DNA of 64,000 nt from an uncultured Halieaceae bacterium (GCA_938074045.1 CALJGI010000015.1:56019-120018), one strand, 5' to 3'; shown: positions 1 through 10,477, counted from the stretch's first letter. Translations and numbers: made by a program. Notes: generated from the letters alone by a model not told the origin.

Positions 1-1595
1 TTATCAATTCCGGCGTAGATATTGACGACGAGACACAACTGTATTTCCACGGTAACTACGGCGATACCGAAGGCCGTTACCGCTTCTTTTACCGTAACCC
101 CAGCCATAGCTCTCTGAGCAGCCTGGTAAATGATCACGGCTACGACGGCCGCTTGCTCAACGCCGGTTATACGCCGTTCCTTGATGGCGATCAGAAGGAC
201 ATCAGCCTGGTTGTCGGTATGAAGGGCGTGTTGGGTAACGACTGGTACTACGATGTATCCGGTGGTTATGGTTTGAACGAGCTGGACTATTTTCTGCAAA
301 ACACCACCAACCACAGCCTTGGGCTGGGTAGTGATGGCGAACCACTGCAACGTGACTTTGACGCCGGCGGTTACGAGCAGGAAGAAATCAACTTCAATGC
401 TGATTTCTCCAAGGAAATCAACGATTCGATGAACCTCGCCGTGGGCATGGAGTGGCGCGAAGAAACCTACACAGTTAACGCGGGTGAGCCGAATTCCTAT
501 ATCGGTGCGGGTTCCAATGGTCTGGGCGGTTTCAAGCCCCAGGACGCAGGTTCCTTCGAGCGGGACAACTGGGGTGTCTATGCTGATCTTGAACACGATA
601 TCAGTGAAGACTTCATGCTGCAGTACGCCCTGCGCTATGAGGATTTTTCAGACTTCGGCAACACCACCAACGGTAAAATTGCAGCCAGATACAGCGTGTC
701 AGATGCGGTGACGCTGCGAGCTGCGGTATCAACCGGCTTTCACGCACCTACACCAGGTCAGGCCAATGTGCGTACCACCATCACCACCTTTGACGGCGCT
801 ACAGGTCTACAGGTAGAGGAAGGTCTGGTACCACCCACCAGTCCCGGCGCTATCGCTGTCGGTGGACAGGAGCTGAAGGAAGAAGAGTCTGTCAACTACA
901 GTCTTGGCTTCACTGCAGATTTTGGTGAGGCAACTACCCTGACGGTGGATTTGTTCCAGATTGAAGTGGACGATCGAATCTATCGCACAGGTGATATCGC
1001 GCTGCCAGGATCTTCCACAGGTGCAACGGTGTCCTTTTATACCAATGCTATCGATGTTGAGTCCAGCGGTGTGGACGTTGTCTTGACCACCGGCTTTGAC
1101 TGGAATGATGCTACCAGCACTGACGTGTCCTTCGCGTACAACTACAACGAAGTTGATGTTGTCGGTCAGCGCGCTGTGCAAACACCCACCGGCCCCGTAA
1201 CTCCGGTCAGTGACAGCACCGTTGAAGATATTGAGAACAACTTCCCGAATGAGCGTTGGGTACTTACCGCCAACACCATGTTTGGAGATCAGTGGAGCTA
1301 CATGGTTCGCGCCAATTTCTATGGCAGTCATTACGATGAGCGAGGCACCATTGGTGCAGCGAGCAGCCCCAGCGCCAAGATTGATTCGATTGTCTACGTC
1401 GACATGGAGCTAAACTACGACGTAAACGACAATCTGACGCTGACTTTGGGTGGATCGAATGTCTTTGATGAATTCATCGACAAAATTGGTGAGCCCAACG
1501 CCAATCGCTTGAGTGTTGGTCTGCAATACCCGCGTCGCACCGCCGCGAATTACGAAGGTGGGTCCTGGTATCTGCGTGCCAACTATGCGTTCTAA
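1..1595 (+). CDS. TonB-dependent outer-membrane receptor, C-terminal part (5' end outside window)
   Basis: The frame is open from position 3 with no stop up to the listed 153 start. The sequence has a beta-barrel-like alternating pattern and the typical C-terminal ...GGSWYLRANYAF ending in an aromatic residue. A strong terminator follows. Confidence 0.85.
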   Translation, partial: INSGVDIDDETQLYFHGNYGDTEGRYRFFYRNPSHSSLSSLVNDHGYDGRLLNAGYTPFLDGDQKDISLVVGMKGVLGNDWYYDVSGGYGLNELDYFLQNTTNHSLGLGSDGEPLQRDFDAGGYEQEEINFNADFSKEINDSMNLAVGMEWREETYTVNAGEPNSYIGAGSNGLGGFKPQDAGSFERDNWGVYADLEHDISEDFMLQYALRYEDFSDFGNTTNGKIAARYSVSDAVTLRAAVSTGFHAPTPGQANVRTTITTFDGATGLQVEEGLVPPTSPGAIAVGGQELKEEESVNYSLGFTADFGEATTLTVDLFQIEVDDRIYRTGDIALPGSSTGATVSFYTNAIDVESSGVDVVLTTGFDWNDATSTDVSFAYNYNEVDVVGQRAVQTPTGPVTPVSDSTVEDIENNFPNERWVLTANTMFGDQWSYMVRANFYGSHYDERGTIGAASSPSAKIDSIVYVDMELNYDVNDNLTLTLGGSNVFDEFIDKIGEPNANRLSVGLQYPRRTAANYEGGSWYLRANYAF

Positions 1596-1633
1596 GTGAA
1601 TCGCTTGCCTACTCAGTGGCAGCGATGAACGTG

Positions 1634-1662
1634 AGGCCGGCGCAAGCCGGCCTTTTTTTTTT
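1634..1662 (+). terminator. Rho-independent terminator (GGCCGGC-GCAA-GCCGGCC stem-loop plus T10)
   Basis: A perfect 7-bp GC stem at 1635-1641/1646-1652 with a GCAA loop is followed by ten T (1653-1662). A second small hairpin, AAAAAGGGG-TCAGA-CCCCTTT, lies at 1666-1686, making the region look bidirectional. Confidence 0.85.
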
Positions 1663-1705
1663 CATAAAAAGGGGTCAGACCCCTTTATTGCTATAAGCTA
1701 AAGAC

Positions 1706-2347
1706 ATGATACAGCTTCTCTACCAGGGGCAGATTGCCCTCTTTGTCCTGATCATGATTGCACTGGTGATCTCCCTTACCTTTCATGAGTGGGGTCATGC
1801 CGCGAGTGCACGCTATTACGGGGACAACACCGCGCAGGCTATGGGTCGATTGAGTCTGAACCCGATGGTGCATATTGATCCCATGGGGTTGCTGATGCTG
1901 GTGGTGGTAGGGATTGGGTTCGCGAAACCGGTGCCCACCAATCCACGTAACTTCAACTCGCGCTGGGCACAGATGGTGGTGGCTGCAGCCGGACCGGGCA
2001 TGAATCTCGTCGTTGCAGTAATTGCGGCTAATGTATATGTGCTGGGAAGAAAGTGGGGCTGGAGCGGATTTGAATCCGAGGGCGCGCAGTTTTTCTTTAC
2101 CTATCTGGCGCTGATCAACTTGCTGTTGATGTTGTTTAATCTGATTCCGTTGGGGCCCCTCGATGGCCATTACATTATGCCCTATCTGCTGCCCGCTAAA
2201 CTCTCGGTTCGCTACCAGATACTTAATCAGCGCTACGGGACCTACTTTTTGCTTGGACTGGTAGTACTGGCGATAGTCGGGGTGCCCATTTTCAAAGCGC
2301 TCTGGTCATTGGGTCAATGGATGCTACCGTTCATTGTGTTTGTGTGA
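1706..2347 (+). CDS. M50 family (site-2 protease-like) membrane metalloprotease
   Basis: It has the HEWGH (HExxH) motif in the first TM region and the NLIPLGPLDGHY motif typical of peptidase M50. The protein is polytopic and hydrophobic. Confidence 0.8.
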   Translation: MIQLLYQGQIALFVLIMIALVISLTFHEWGHAASARYYGDNTAQAMGRLSLNPMVHIDPMGLLMLVVVGIGFAKPVPTNPRNFNSRWAQMVVAAAGPGMNLVVAVIAANVYVLGRKWGWSGFESEGAQFFFTYLALINLLLMLFNLIPLGPLDGHYIMPYLLPAKLSVRYQILNQRYGTYFLLGLVVLAIVGVPIFKALWSLGQWMLPFIVFV

Positions 2348-2507
2348 TTTTAGGGTGTAAAGATGGCGTGCGTGCTGTGTGTCTCCGCTCGATACTCATG
2401 TTTGGCGCGAGTGGTTTGTATTCTCGGAATTTTCGAGTTTTGGTACTTAACCCTACATCTGCTACCATCAAGCTCAAACTGGCGAATGACTCAGGGCGCA
2501 GGCATTA

Positions 2508-3530
2508 ATGGCGGATACTTTTACAGGTGTCTCAAGTAACACCCGCATCCAGCAAATATCTGAGCTGGGTAGGGTATATACTCCCACAGAAGCACGATTT
2601 TCTCGTATTACCAAGCTCGCCTGCCAGATTTTTGATGTTCCCATAGCGCGCATATCTCTGTTGGCCCCAATTGGCGAGGAAGGGACTGCATCAACTGTGC
2701 TAACCCCGCGCGAACCCGGATTTTCTGATTATGCTCTGTTGCGTGAGAATCAACTGGTGATTCTGGATGCGCGCCTGAACCCTGAGTTTGCCAGTGATCA
2801 GGAAGTGACTGGTCGACCCTTTGTACGCTTTTACGCCGGCCAGGTGCTGCGCCATGAAGGTCGCAAGGTCGGCGCCCTCAGTGTCATCGATCAGGAATCC
2901 CGTGGCTTTTCCCCCTCAGATTGCGAAACCCTGGCATCGCTGGGTGCCTGGGTCGAAAATGAAATCAGATTAACCGCCCTAGGACAGGCGCAGCATGAAT
3001 TGTTGCAACAGCTGGACGCAGCAGAGCGTGCCAAACTCACTGACGTTGTCACCGGTTGCTGGAATCGACAAGGCCTTGAGCAACTAGCGCCTATCGAGCT
3101 GGACCGCGCTGTGCGACAAGGTGCGCAGATCACCGTTATGGCGATAAAGATGGAGTCTTACGAGAAGCTGCGCGCCTATCACAGCAACGAATTGGCCGAT
3201 GATGTATTACGCGAAGTAGCGCAGAGAATTGTTCTGGGTGTCAGACCCCAGGACGTTGTATGCCGGGATTACAGCGATTCATTTGTGGTGCTACTGGGTG
3301 ATTGTTCAAAGGAAACCGCCGCCCTGGTGGCTGACCGGGTGATCGGGAAGGTGCACGCCGAACCCGTGGTCAGGGAAGGGATCGACGTGCGGGCTTCCAT
3401 CGGCATTGGCGCGGTCTCCAGTCTTTCCCACCGCGGCCTGCAGTTTTCAGACCTGATGGAAGTGGCTACGGATGCCCGGCTCGAAGCCAGTCAACTGGGG
3501 CAGGGACAGGTACGTTTGCGCCAATTCTAG
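2508..3530 (+). CDS. GAF domain protein with degenerate GGDEF domain (YSDSF in place of GGDEF/GGEEF, RxxD I-site retained)
   Basis: The N-terminal part is GAF-like. The C-terminal part has the TGCWNRQG (DxLTGLxNR-like) motif and ...RPQDVVCRDYSDSFVVLLG... aligns to RxxD-x4-R-x-GGEEFvvll. Confidence 0.75.
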   Translation: MADTFTGVSSNTRIQQISELGRVYTPTEARFSRITKLACQIFDVPIARISLLAPIGEEGTASTVLTPREPGFSDYALLRENQLVILDARLNPEFASDQEVTGRPFVRFYAGQVLRHEGRKVGALSVIDQESRGFSPSDCETLASLGAWVENEIRLTALGQAQHELLQQLDAAERAKLTDVVTGCWNRQGLEQLAPIELDRAVRQGAQITVMAIKMESYEKLRAYHSNELADDVLREVAQRIVLGVRPQDVVCRDYSDSFVVLLGDCSKETAALVADRVIGKVHAEPVVREGIDVRASIGIGAVSSLSHRGLQFSDLMEVATDARLEASQLGQGQVRLRQF

Positions 3531-3927
3531 GTTTTCCGGTGGCCGCTTTGCAGAGTTCGTCAGATATCCCTATTCCCACGACCACAGCCCAGTTTGAGCC
3601 CCTGGTTCCCGGCGATGAAATATCCGATCCGTGATGAACTTTTGATCTTGGTCCCCTGGCGGCCCAGGACCATGTTCCCACGATATCCTTCAGGGTGTCA
3701 TTGGATGGGGCCCTGAGCTGGTGGCTGGATCATCTGCCCCAAACATGTACACAGTGCGATGCGATGGTATCTGGGTGTTTAGCATTCCGAGTCCACATCA
3801 AACTTTTTGTTTAGCAAAATCCGAGATTCCGATTTTTTCATTTCGTCGCGTGTAATTACTTGACCGGGAGTCAGCTCAGTACTATAAGCAATTTGCATTT
3901 ACTCCAGTTTCTACTTACGCACAATCT

Positions 3928-4551
3928 ATGAACGCTAAAGCCAACTACCCGGGGTCCATCCGGGTTCGGGGTATCGAAGTCGCGAACTTCCGTCATCCCG
4001 AAATCAGAAGATTGCGGCGACTGGGTTACCAACCCTCGATTCACGGCACCAAGGTATGGCGATCCTGCTACGCCATGATGGCTTACCTCGACCAGTATCC
4101 ACCGCAGCAGGGCGCGGCCATTATGGATGTCGGTTGTGGTTGGGGTGTGCTGGCCGCCTATTTGGCCAAGCATTTCGCTGCCGACGTGCTGGCGGTGGAT
4201 GCCGATGCTGACCTCGAGTATTACGTGGCATTGCACGCCGAAATAAACGACGTTGAACTTGATTTTCTGGCCCTGAAATTCCAGCAACTCAGAATCGCCG
4301 ATTTTGCCTGCTATGACATGGTGGTGGGCACTGATATCTGCTTCTGGGACGAGTTGGTACACCCGCTTTATCTGATGATTGGTCGCGCATTACGGGGAGG
4401 AGTCAAGCGCGTTGTTATCGGTGACCCGGGACGTCCAACCTTTTGGGCACTGACAGAAAAGTGTGCCGATCGATTTTCGGCGCGTACGATTATACAAAAA
4501 ACGACGGACCCGATTGTCACGCAAAAGCACTTGTTGATCGTTGGGCAATAA
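3928..4551 (+). CDS. Class I SAM-dependent methyltransferase (Methyltransf_16 / protein-lysine MTase-like)
   Basis: It has motif I IMDVGCGWGVLAAYLA, preceded by HGTKVWRSCYAMMAYL, which is typical of the FAM86/METTL21-like family. Confidence 0.65.
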   Translation: MNAKANYPGSIRVRGIEVANFRHPEIRRLRRLGYQPSIHGTKVWRSCYAMMAYLDQYPPQQGAAIMDVGCGWGVLAAYLAKHFAADVLAVDADADLEYYVALHAEINDVELDFLALKFQQLRIADFACYDMVVGTDICFWDELVHPLYLMIGRALRGGVKRVVIGDPGRPTFWALTEKCADRFSARTIIQKTTDPIVTQKHLLIVGQ

Positions 4552-5061
4552 CAGACAGTCTGGGTTGTTTGGCAATAATTTCACAAAAATACGCTGCATT
4601 ATTTACTTAGATAGTCATGACCCGCTCTCTAGAATTTGTTCCGTATTCATAGATTTATGACTTGGGTGTGACCATGTTTAGTCAAAGTAATGACACCGTC
4701 AGTTTTGTAGATTTTTTTCGCAGCGTGAACTTTAGTTCTGCGCGCACCAACAGCACGAAAAAAAATACCACTAATAACCAGTTCTATGTGGCTCTGCCGA
4801 TCGCGCCTGTAAGCAACGAAGTTGCCAACGACGATCATAGTTTGATTCGCAGCTATAACTGACAGCGTTCTGGCCCAAGCTCTGCATTCAGCTTTCCTTT
4901 AAATTTCAGCTTGTGGTTCCCGGTGTGCTCTGGTTGGCCGGTTGCAAACCGTTCACCTCACTTGCCTCAAGCCGAGCAGTCGACTACCTTGTGGGCGAGG
5001 TTGAGTCCCGAAAGCATGTAATAATATTGTGGCTCGCCGGTTTGCTAATGGGGAAAACATT

Positions 5062-6102
5062 ATGAGAGTCACTATCCGCGCTTGGTCATGGCTGGTCGTT
5101 CTGTTTGTGTCGTGTGTACCTGTGTCTGTAGTTGTTGGACAAGAAACACAAGCAAGCAAGGTAATTACCGCAGCAGTAATGCATGAGCCCGTAGTTCTCC
5201 GGGTAAGTACCTTTGGCATCTTGTCACCCAAAACTGAAGACTTGTCCTTTCGTATCGGTGGTCGCATAGCAGCCTTCAAGGTAGAGGAGGGCAGTCGGGT
5301 GACCAAGGGGCAATTGCTGGCGCAATTGGAAACACGTGACGCCCAGGACGCCTTGGGCCAACGCAAGGTGGACCTCGATCAGGCCGAGCGTAATTTCAAG
5401 CGGATGGAAACGTTGCACAAACAGGGTTCTATCCAGGCTTCACAGCTTGAGGACGCCAGTGATCGATTGGAACAATCACGTATTGCTCATGAGCAGGCGC
5501 GGCTTAATCTGGATCGCTGTTATCTTCGGGCCAGCAGCGATGGATTAATATTGCGCGAATTTCTGGATTCCCGGACCACGGTCACCGCGGGTCAGGCAAT
5601 ATATTCCTTTCAGAGTAATTCAGAGGAATGGGTAACCCGCGTCGATCTTACTGATCGCAATGCCTTTGCTCTGGGAGAGGGCTCTCCCGCGGAAGTACAG
5701 TTTTCACCTTATCCCGCGGTTAGTTTTAGCGGTGAAATTACCCGCCTGGCGCGGGTGGCAAATCCTGGAGATTCGCTCTACACCGCTGAAATTACTATTA
5801 CCAATCAAGGTAGAGAACTGCGACCAGGAATGGTTGCAGAGGTTGATATCTACCGGGAAACCGAACAGCGATTTACCACCGTCCCACTGGACGCGCTACT
5901 GGATGTTCGTGCTGATAAAGCCACGCTCTTCGTTCTTAGCGAATCACGGGATGCGGTCTCGATGCGCAGCGTCACTATCCAGGCTGTACAGGGGCAGAAG
6001 GTGGCCCTGATTGATGCGCTAGATGAAGGTTCCGAAGTGGTTATTCGGGGTCATGGCGATCTGGTTGACGGTGCACCTGTTGCCGTAATGGGGCAGGAGT
6101 AA
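5062..6102 (+). CDS. RND efflux periplasmic adaptor (membrane fusion protein, HlyD/AcrA family)
   Basis: It has a signal/anchor MRVTIRAWSWLVVLFVSC, a coiled-coil hairpin region (QLETRDAQDALGQRKVDLDQAERNFKRMETL...) and a beta-barrel C-terminus. I preferred ATG 5062 (GGGGA 7 nt upstream) over GTG 5029. Its stop lies 3 nt before the RND permease start. Confidence 0.8.
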   Translation: MRVTIRAWSWLVVLFVSCVPVSVVVGQETQASKVITAAVMHEPVVLRVSTFGILSPKTEDLSFRIGGRIAAFKVEEGSRVTKGQLLAQLETRDAQDALGQRKVDLDQAERNFKRMETLHKQGSIQASQLEDASDRLEQSRIAHEQARLNLDRCYLRASSDGLILREFLDSRTTVTAGQAIYSFQSNSEEWVTRVDLTDRNAFALGEGSPAEVQFSPYPAVSFSGEITRLARVANPGDSLYTAEITITNQGRELRPGMVAEVDIYRETEQRFTTVPLDALLDVRADKATLFVLSESRDAVSMRSVTIQAVQGQKVALIDALDEGSEVVIRGHGDLVDGAPVAVMGQE

Positions 6103-6105
6103 TTC

Positions 6106-9100
6106 GTGGAAGCGCTGGTTCGTTTTGTCGTTAGTAATCGTCTTTTTACAGTGCTTTTTGCGCTCACCATTTGTTTGCTGGCTTGGGTCAAGTTACCTGA
6201 ATTGACGATATCGCAGAATCCCATGATAGAGGTTCCAACGTTGGCGATCAGTGCGGTATTGCCGGGTGCATCGGCCAAGGAGATTGAGGCGCGTGTCGTA
6301 AATAAGTTGGAAGAGAAGTTGGAGAATACGCGCAAGCTGAAGAAATTCACAACGAAGATTCGCAATAGCAGTGCCGCGATCACTATGGAGTATTTATACG
6401 GTGTAGACATCGATGATGCCTATATCGACATAAACTCCAAGGTCAATAATCTGAAAAGTGACCTGCCAGCAGATACTGAAATTACGGTGATCAAGCAAAA
6501 CCCGATTGAACTGATGATTTCCTTTGTGCTGGCCGTGACCGGGGATACCGCTACCGAGGTCGAGCGGTACGCCGCGGCTGAAAGGGTAAAGGATGCCCTT
6601 CGAAGTGTCTCTGCCCTCGAAGAAATCGAGGTCATGGAGCCGGAAGAGGAAATTACCATAGACCTGGATACTGCGCGTATGGCGCGCTACGGTGTTGGCG
6701 TTCAGCAAGTAAGTCAGGCTATTCGAGGTAATAACCAGTTTCTTCCCACAGGTACTTTTACCGTAGGAGAAAAAACGATCGCCGTGGTTCCCTTTGCAGG
6801 GGGATATCAGGATCTGGATGCGCTGCGCGATACGATGCTGATTAGTGCTTCAGGATCAGCGCTGGCTTTGCGGGACATAGCCACAGTTCAGATACGGCGT
6901 CTTCACGATAGCGTTGTCACCAGGCATGCTGGTCAGGCAGCGAGTTGGATCACTTCAAAGCTGAACGCCAATGCCAATGTATTTGAAGTACGCACGCAAA
7001 TGGAAGCTGTGCTGGAGGAGGTTCGCCCGCAGTTGCAGCAAGAGGGTATGCAAATCGACTGGTTGTTTGATGTTGAGCCGGGGGTGGCTTACAAAATGAC
7101 CCAGTTGATCACCAATATTTTGCAGGGTATTGGTATTCTGACCATCGTGCTTTTGTTTGCGGTGGGCTATCGATCTGCCTTCGTGATTGCCATGATGTTA
7201 CCACTGGCACTGGGTCTGTCGGTGGTAGGTTTGTCCTTGACCGGATATGGGCTACAGGGCGTCTCGCTGGCGGGGTTTATTATTTCGCTGGGACTGATAG
7301 TCGATAACGGTATTGTGGTCACGGAAAATGCCTATAAGTTACAGAACTTTCGAGGTATGGACAGGGAACAGGCGGCAATAACCGGTACATCTTCAGTACT
7401 TGCCCCCTTGATCAGCAGTACGCTTACTACGGCGTTGGCTTTTGCTCCCTTGTTTTTATTGACGTCCATGACCGGGCTTTTCCTGCGCAGTCTTGTGGTT
7501 ACTATCTGGTTGTGTTTGGCCGCTTCACTGGTCGTGGCGGTAACCTTTTCCAGCATGATGTTGTCTCGAATAGGTACGGACGCACATGTGTGGAAGTTGC
7601 CGCGTTTGCCCAGCTTTATGATGGCGTTGCGTCCCTTCCGGGATAAGCAGTATGCAACGCTGCTCCGTTGGTTTATCCGCCGCCCCTGGGTTCTGGCCGT
7701 CATGGTGCTGGCTTTGCTATGGGTTACAGCCAAGGTGGCCGCGCTATTGCCGGTTATCGTGTTTCCGCCCAGCGAAGAGCCTTATTTTTCGATCACAGTC
7801 GAGGCCCCGGACGATCGCAGCCAGGACTACACCAGTGAGCTGGCGTTTGAGGCGAGCAGGATCGCGCGTGAATTTTCAGAGGTAGAGCAGTGCAGCACCA
7901 TTGTAGGTGCAGGGTTTCCTTTTGTAGATACGGGCATTGAACTGATGGCCTCGCGGCGCAATCATGCCATGGTATTTTGCGAAGTCGGTTTTCGAGATGC
8001 CAGGCAGTTATCCGAGCTCACCGATCGTATTAATCTCAAGCTAAAGCACATGGATTCACTGGCCCGTGTCAATGCCTCGCCCTTTGCGGTGGGCGGTGAA
8101 TCCGGTGGCGGCGACATAGAGCTGTTGGTGTCCGGGCCGCACATTGAACAGGTTCGGGAATACGCTCGTGAAATTGAAGAGGCGGTTCGTTCCGACGGCA
8201 TTGAAGGTATACGCAGTTTGAATAACCCGGCGCGTTCGCGAGGGTTTGCACTGGAGATCAAATTTCGCGAGCGGGTTGCCAATGCGCTGGGGGTGAGCCG
8301 CGGACAAGTAGATCAGGTGCTGGTGTTACTGACTCATGGTTCCAAGGTCGATGAACTACGCACTCGGCAGGGTGATGAATACGACATTATTCTGCGTGCC
8401 GACCGTGACTTCGAAGATCCCCTGGCCGTTTTTGATCGTCTGTTTGTGACCAATAACGCCGGTAACAATATCCCTCTCAGTCAGTTGATTGAGGCGAAGT
8501 TTGGTGAGGATGAATACGATATTGAACACCGTCAATTCAGACCGACGGTCAAGCTGCTGGTGAATGCTAATCCTGGGGTGAGTGTTCCCGCGTTAACCAC
8601 GGAGGTGGAAAGAGTGGCCTCGGCGGTGGAGTTGGAGCCTGGATACCGATTGAATTTTGAGGGCGAGGCGGCAAAAACGGCGGCGGAGTTTGGCGGGGCA
8701 GGTAAGTACACCGCCATTATCGGCGTGGTTATCCTGGCGATTTTTGTCCTCCAGTTTCGATCCTTTATGCAGCCGCTGGTTGTCTGTGCGGCTATCCCGC
8801 TCAGCTTCTACGGTGCTTTTTTCCTTCTGTATCTGACTGACCAACCGATTTCCTTTCTGGCATTTATCGGGCTGACGAGTCTGATGGGTATCGTGGTCAA
8901 CAACAGTATTTTGCTGGTCGATGAAGGAAATCAGCTGCGAGCGCTTGACCCTGAAAAACCCATTCATGAGGTGGCGGTACAGGCTGGAGTAAATCGCTTC
9001 ATGCCGATCGTGTTGACGTCTATCACCAGTATTTTTGGGCTGCTTCCCCTCGCGGTTGGCAACTCTCTTTTCAAGGCGCTGGCGGTGGTCGTCATCGGCG

Positions 9101-9237
9101 GATTAACCACGTCCACCTTTCTGACGCTGCTCTGTGTACCTGTGCTATATGCCAGATTGACCCAGGGTGATGAATTGACATCCGTTACCGGGGACTGGTC
9201 TGGTCGTTCCTCACTCGGAGAGAAGCGGGACAATTAA
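6106..9237 (+). CDS. RND efflux transporter permease (AcrB/AcrD/AcrF family)
   Basis: The protein is 1043 aa with two large periplasmic loops and 12 predicted TM segments. It has motifs such as GLIVDNGIVVTEN and GIVVNNSILLVD. Confidence 0.9.
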   Translation: MEALVRFVVSNRLFTVLFALTICLLAWVKLPELTISQNPMIEVPTLAISAVLPGASAKEIEARVVNKLEEKLENTRKLKKFTTKIRNSSAAITMEYLYGVDIDDAYIDINSKVNNLKSDLPADTEITVIKQNPIELMISFVLAVTGDTATEVERYAAAERVKDALRSVSALEEIEVMEPEEEITIDLDTARMARYGVGVQQVSQAIRGNNQFLPTGTFTVGEKTIAVVPFAGGYQDLDALRDTMLISASGSALALRDIATVQIRRLHDSVVTRHAGQAASWITSKLNANANVFEVRTQMEAVLEEVRPQLQQEGMQIDWLFDVEPGVAYKMTQLITNILQGIGILTIVLLFAVGYRSAFVIAMMLPLALGLSVVGLSLTGYGLQGVSLAGFIISLGLIVDNGIVVTENAYKLQNFRGMDREQAAITGTSSVLAPLISSTLTTALAFAPLFLLTSMTGLFLRSLVVTIWLCLAASLVVAVTFSSMMLSRIGTDAHVWKLPRLPSFMMALRPFRDKQYATLLRWFIRRPWVLAVMVLALLWVTAKVAALLPVIVFPPSEEPYFSITVEAPDDRSQDYTSELAFEASRIAREFSEVEQCSTIVGAGFPFVDTGIELMASRRNHAMVFCEVGFRDARQLSELTDRINLKLKHMDSLARVNASPFAVGGESGGGDIELLVSGPHIEQVREYAREIEEAVRSDGIEGIRSLNNPARSRGFALEIKFRERVANALGVSRGQVDQVLVLLTHGSKVDELRTRQGDEYDIILRADRDFEDPLAVFDRLFVTNNAGNNIPLSQLIEAKFGEDEYDIEHRQFRPTVKLLVNANPGVSVPALTTEVERVASAVELEPGYRLNFEGEAAKTAAEFGGAGKYTAIIGVVILAIFVLQFRSFMQPLVVCAAIPLSFYGAFFLLYLTDQPISFLAFIGLTSLMGIVVNNSILLVDEGNQLRALDPEKPIHEVAVQAGVNRFMPIVLTSITSIFGLLPLAVGNSLFKALAVVVIGGLTTSTFLTLLCVPVLYARLTQGDELTSVTGDWSGRSSLGEKRDN

Positions 9238-9271
9238 CTGGGCGAAACTTCGGCGCAGCCTAAATCATATG

Positions 9272-10477
9272 TCAGCGAATCGGGTCCGGACCTATTTCCA
9301 GCTGTAACTCGTCGCCGTCATAGGGGAGCGACCGAGCCAGCTCCTCGTTGAGGGTGACTCCGATGCCGGGTGCGGTGGGCGGTATCACGTAACCATCTTC
9401 CCACTGTATGGGGACTTCCAGCAGATCTGCATAAATACCCTCCCAGCGCTCGATGCCTTCGAGGATCAGGAAGTTGGGTATGCAGGTGGCCAGTTGAATA
9501 TTGGCGGCGCCCACGATCGGCCCGCAATAGAGGTGAGGCGCGATCTGGGCGTAGTGAACCTCAGCCAGGGCGGCGATCTTCTTGGCCTCCAGAATGCCGC
9601 CTACTCGGCCCAGATTCGGTTGCAAAATGCGGGCAGCGCCGGCTTCCAGGACACGGGCAAACTCCTGTTTGGTACACAGCCGTTCGCCGGTGGCCACGGG
9701 CACACTGGTACCGGCGGCAACCCTTGCCATCTCGGTTGGGTTCTCCGCGCCGGTCGGCTCTTCAAACCACAGTGGGTCAGCGGATTCCAACCGTCGCGCC
9801 ATGCGCAGAGCGCCGGCGGATGTGAACTGACCGTGGGTGCCAAACAACATGTCCGCTCGATTGCCGATCGCCTGGCGGATGGTATTGACGAAGCGCTCGC
9901 TGCGGTCCAGTTCTTCAAGACTGGGCATACCCGGGTCGTACACCGTATAGGGATCCGCCGGATCAAACTTTATCGCCGTGAAACCCTGGTCAACATAGTG
10001 CAGGGCACGTTCCGCTGCCATATCGGGGTTGATGTAAACATTCTCCGTTTCCAGGTCTGGGTAGGCGTCTCCTGAGGCCGGATACAGGTAGGTGTAGCTG
10101 CGCAGCCGCTCGTGCACGCGCCCCCCCAAAAGTTCATATACCGGTTTGTCACAGGCCTTGCCGATGATGTCCCAGCAGGCAATTTCCAGCGCAGATATGA
10201 CGCCCATTAAACTGATATCGGGGCGCAGCGCATAACCGGTTCCGTAAATGCGGCGCCACATTTGTTCTATGTGAAAAGGATCCTGGCCCAGCACATGGCG
10301 CTCGGCCGTGTCCCTGATCATCTGCGCCACGGTGTGTGGCCCGAAGGTGGCGTTGTAACACTCGCCGTAGCCAACCAGACCGTTATCGGTGGTGAGCTTT
10401 ACAAAAATAAAATAGCGACCTCCGGCCCGGGGTGGGGGGTTGCCGACCACAAAGGTTTCTATGTCTGTAATTTTCAT
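9272..10477 (-). CDS. Enolase-superfamily enzyme (mandelate racemase/muconate lactonizing; galactonate/mannonate dehydratase-like subgroup)
   Basis: The N-terminus MKITDIETFVV...YFIFVKLTTDNGLVGYGE is typical of acid-sugar dehydratases of this superfamily. Its start overlaps the upstream ADH stop by ATGA. Confidence 0.75.
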   Translation of the reverse strand: MKITDIETFVVGNPPPRAGGRYFIFVKLTTDNGLVGYGECYNATFGPHTVAQMIRDTAERHVLGQDPFHIEQMWRRIYGTGYALRPDISLMGVISALEIACWDIIGKACDKPVYELLGGRVHERLRSYTYLYPASGDAYPDLETENVYINPDMAAERALHYVDQGFTAIKFDPADPYTVYDPGMPSLEELDRSERFVNTIRQAIGNRADMLFGTHGQFTSAGALRMARRLESADPLWFEEPTGAENPTEMARVAAGTSVPVATGERLCTKQEFARVLEAGAARILQPNLGRVGGILEAKKIAALAEVHYAQIAPHLYCGPIVGAANIQLATCIPNFLILEGIERWEGIYADLLEVPIQWEDGYVIPPTAPGIGVTLNEELARSLPYDGDELQLEIGPDPIR

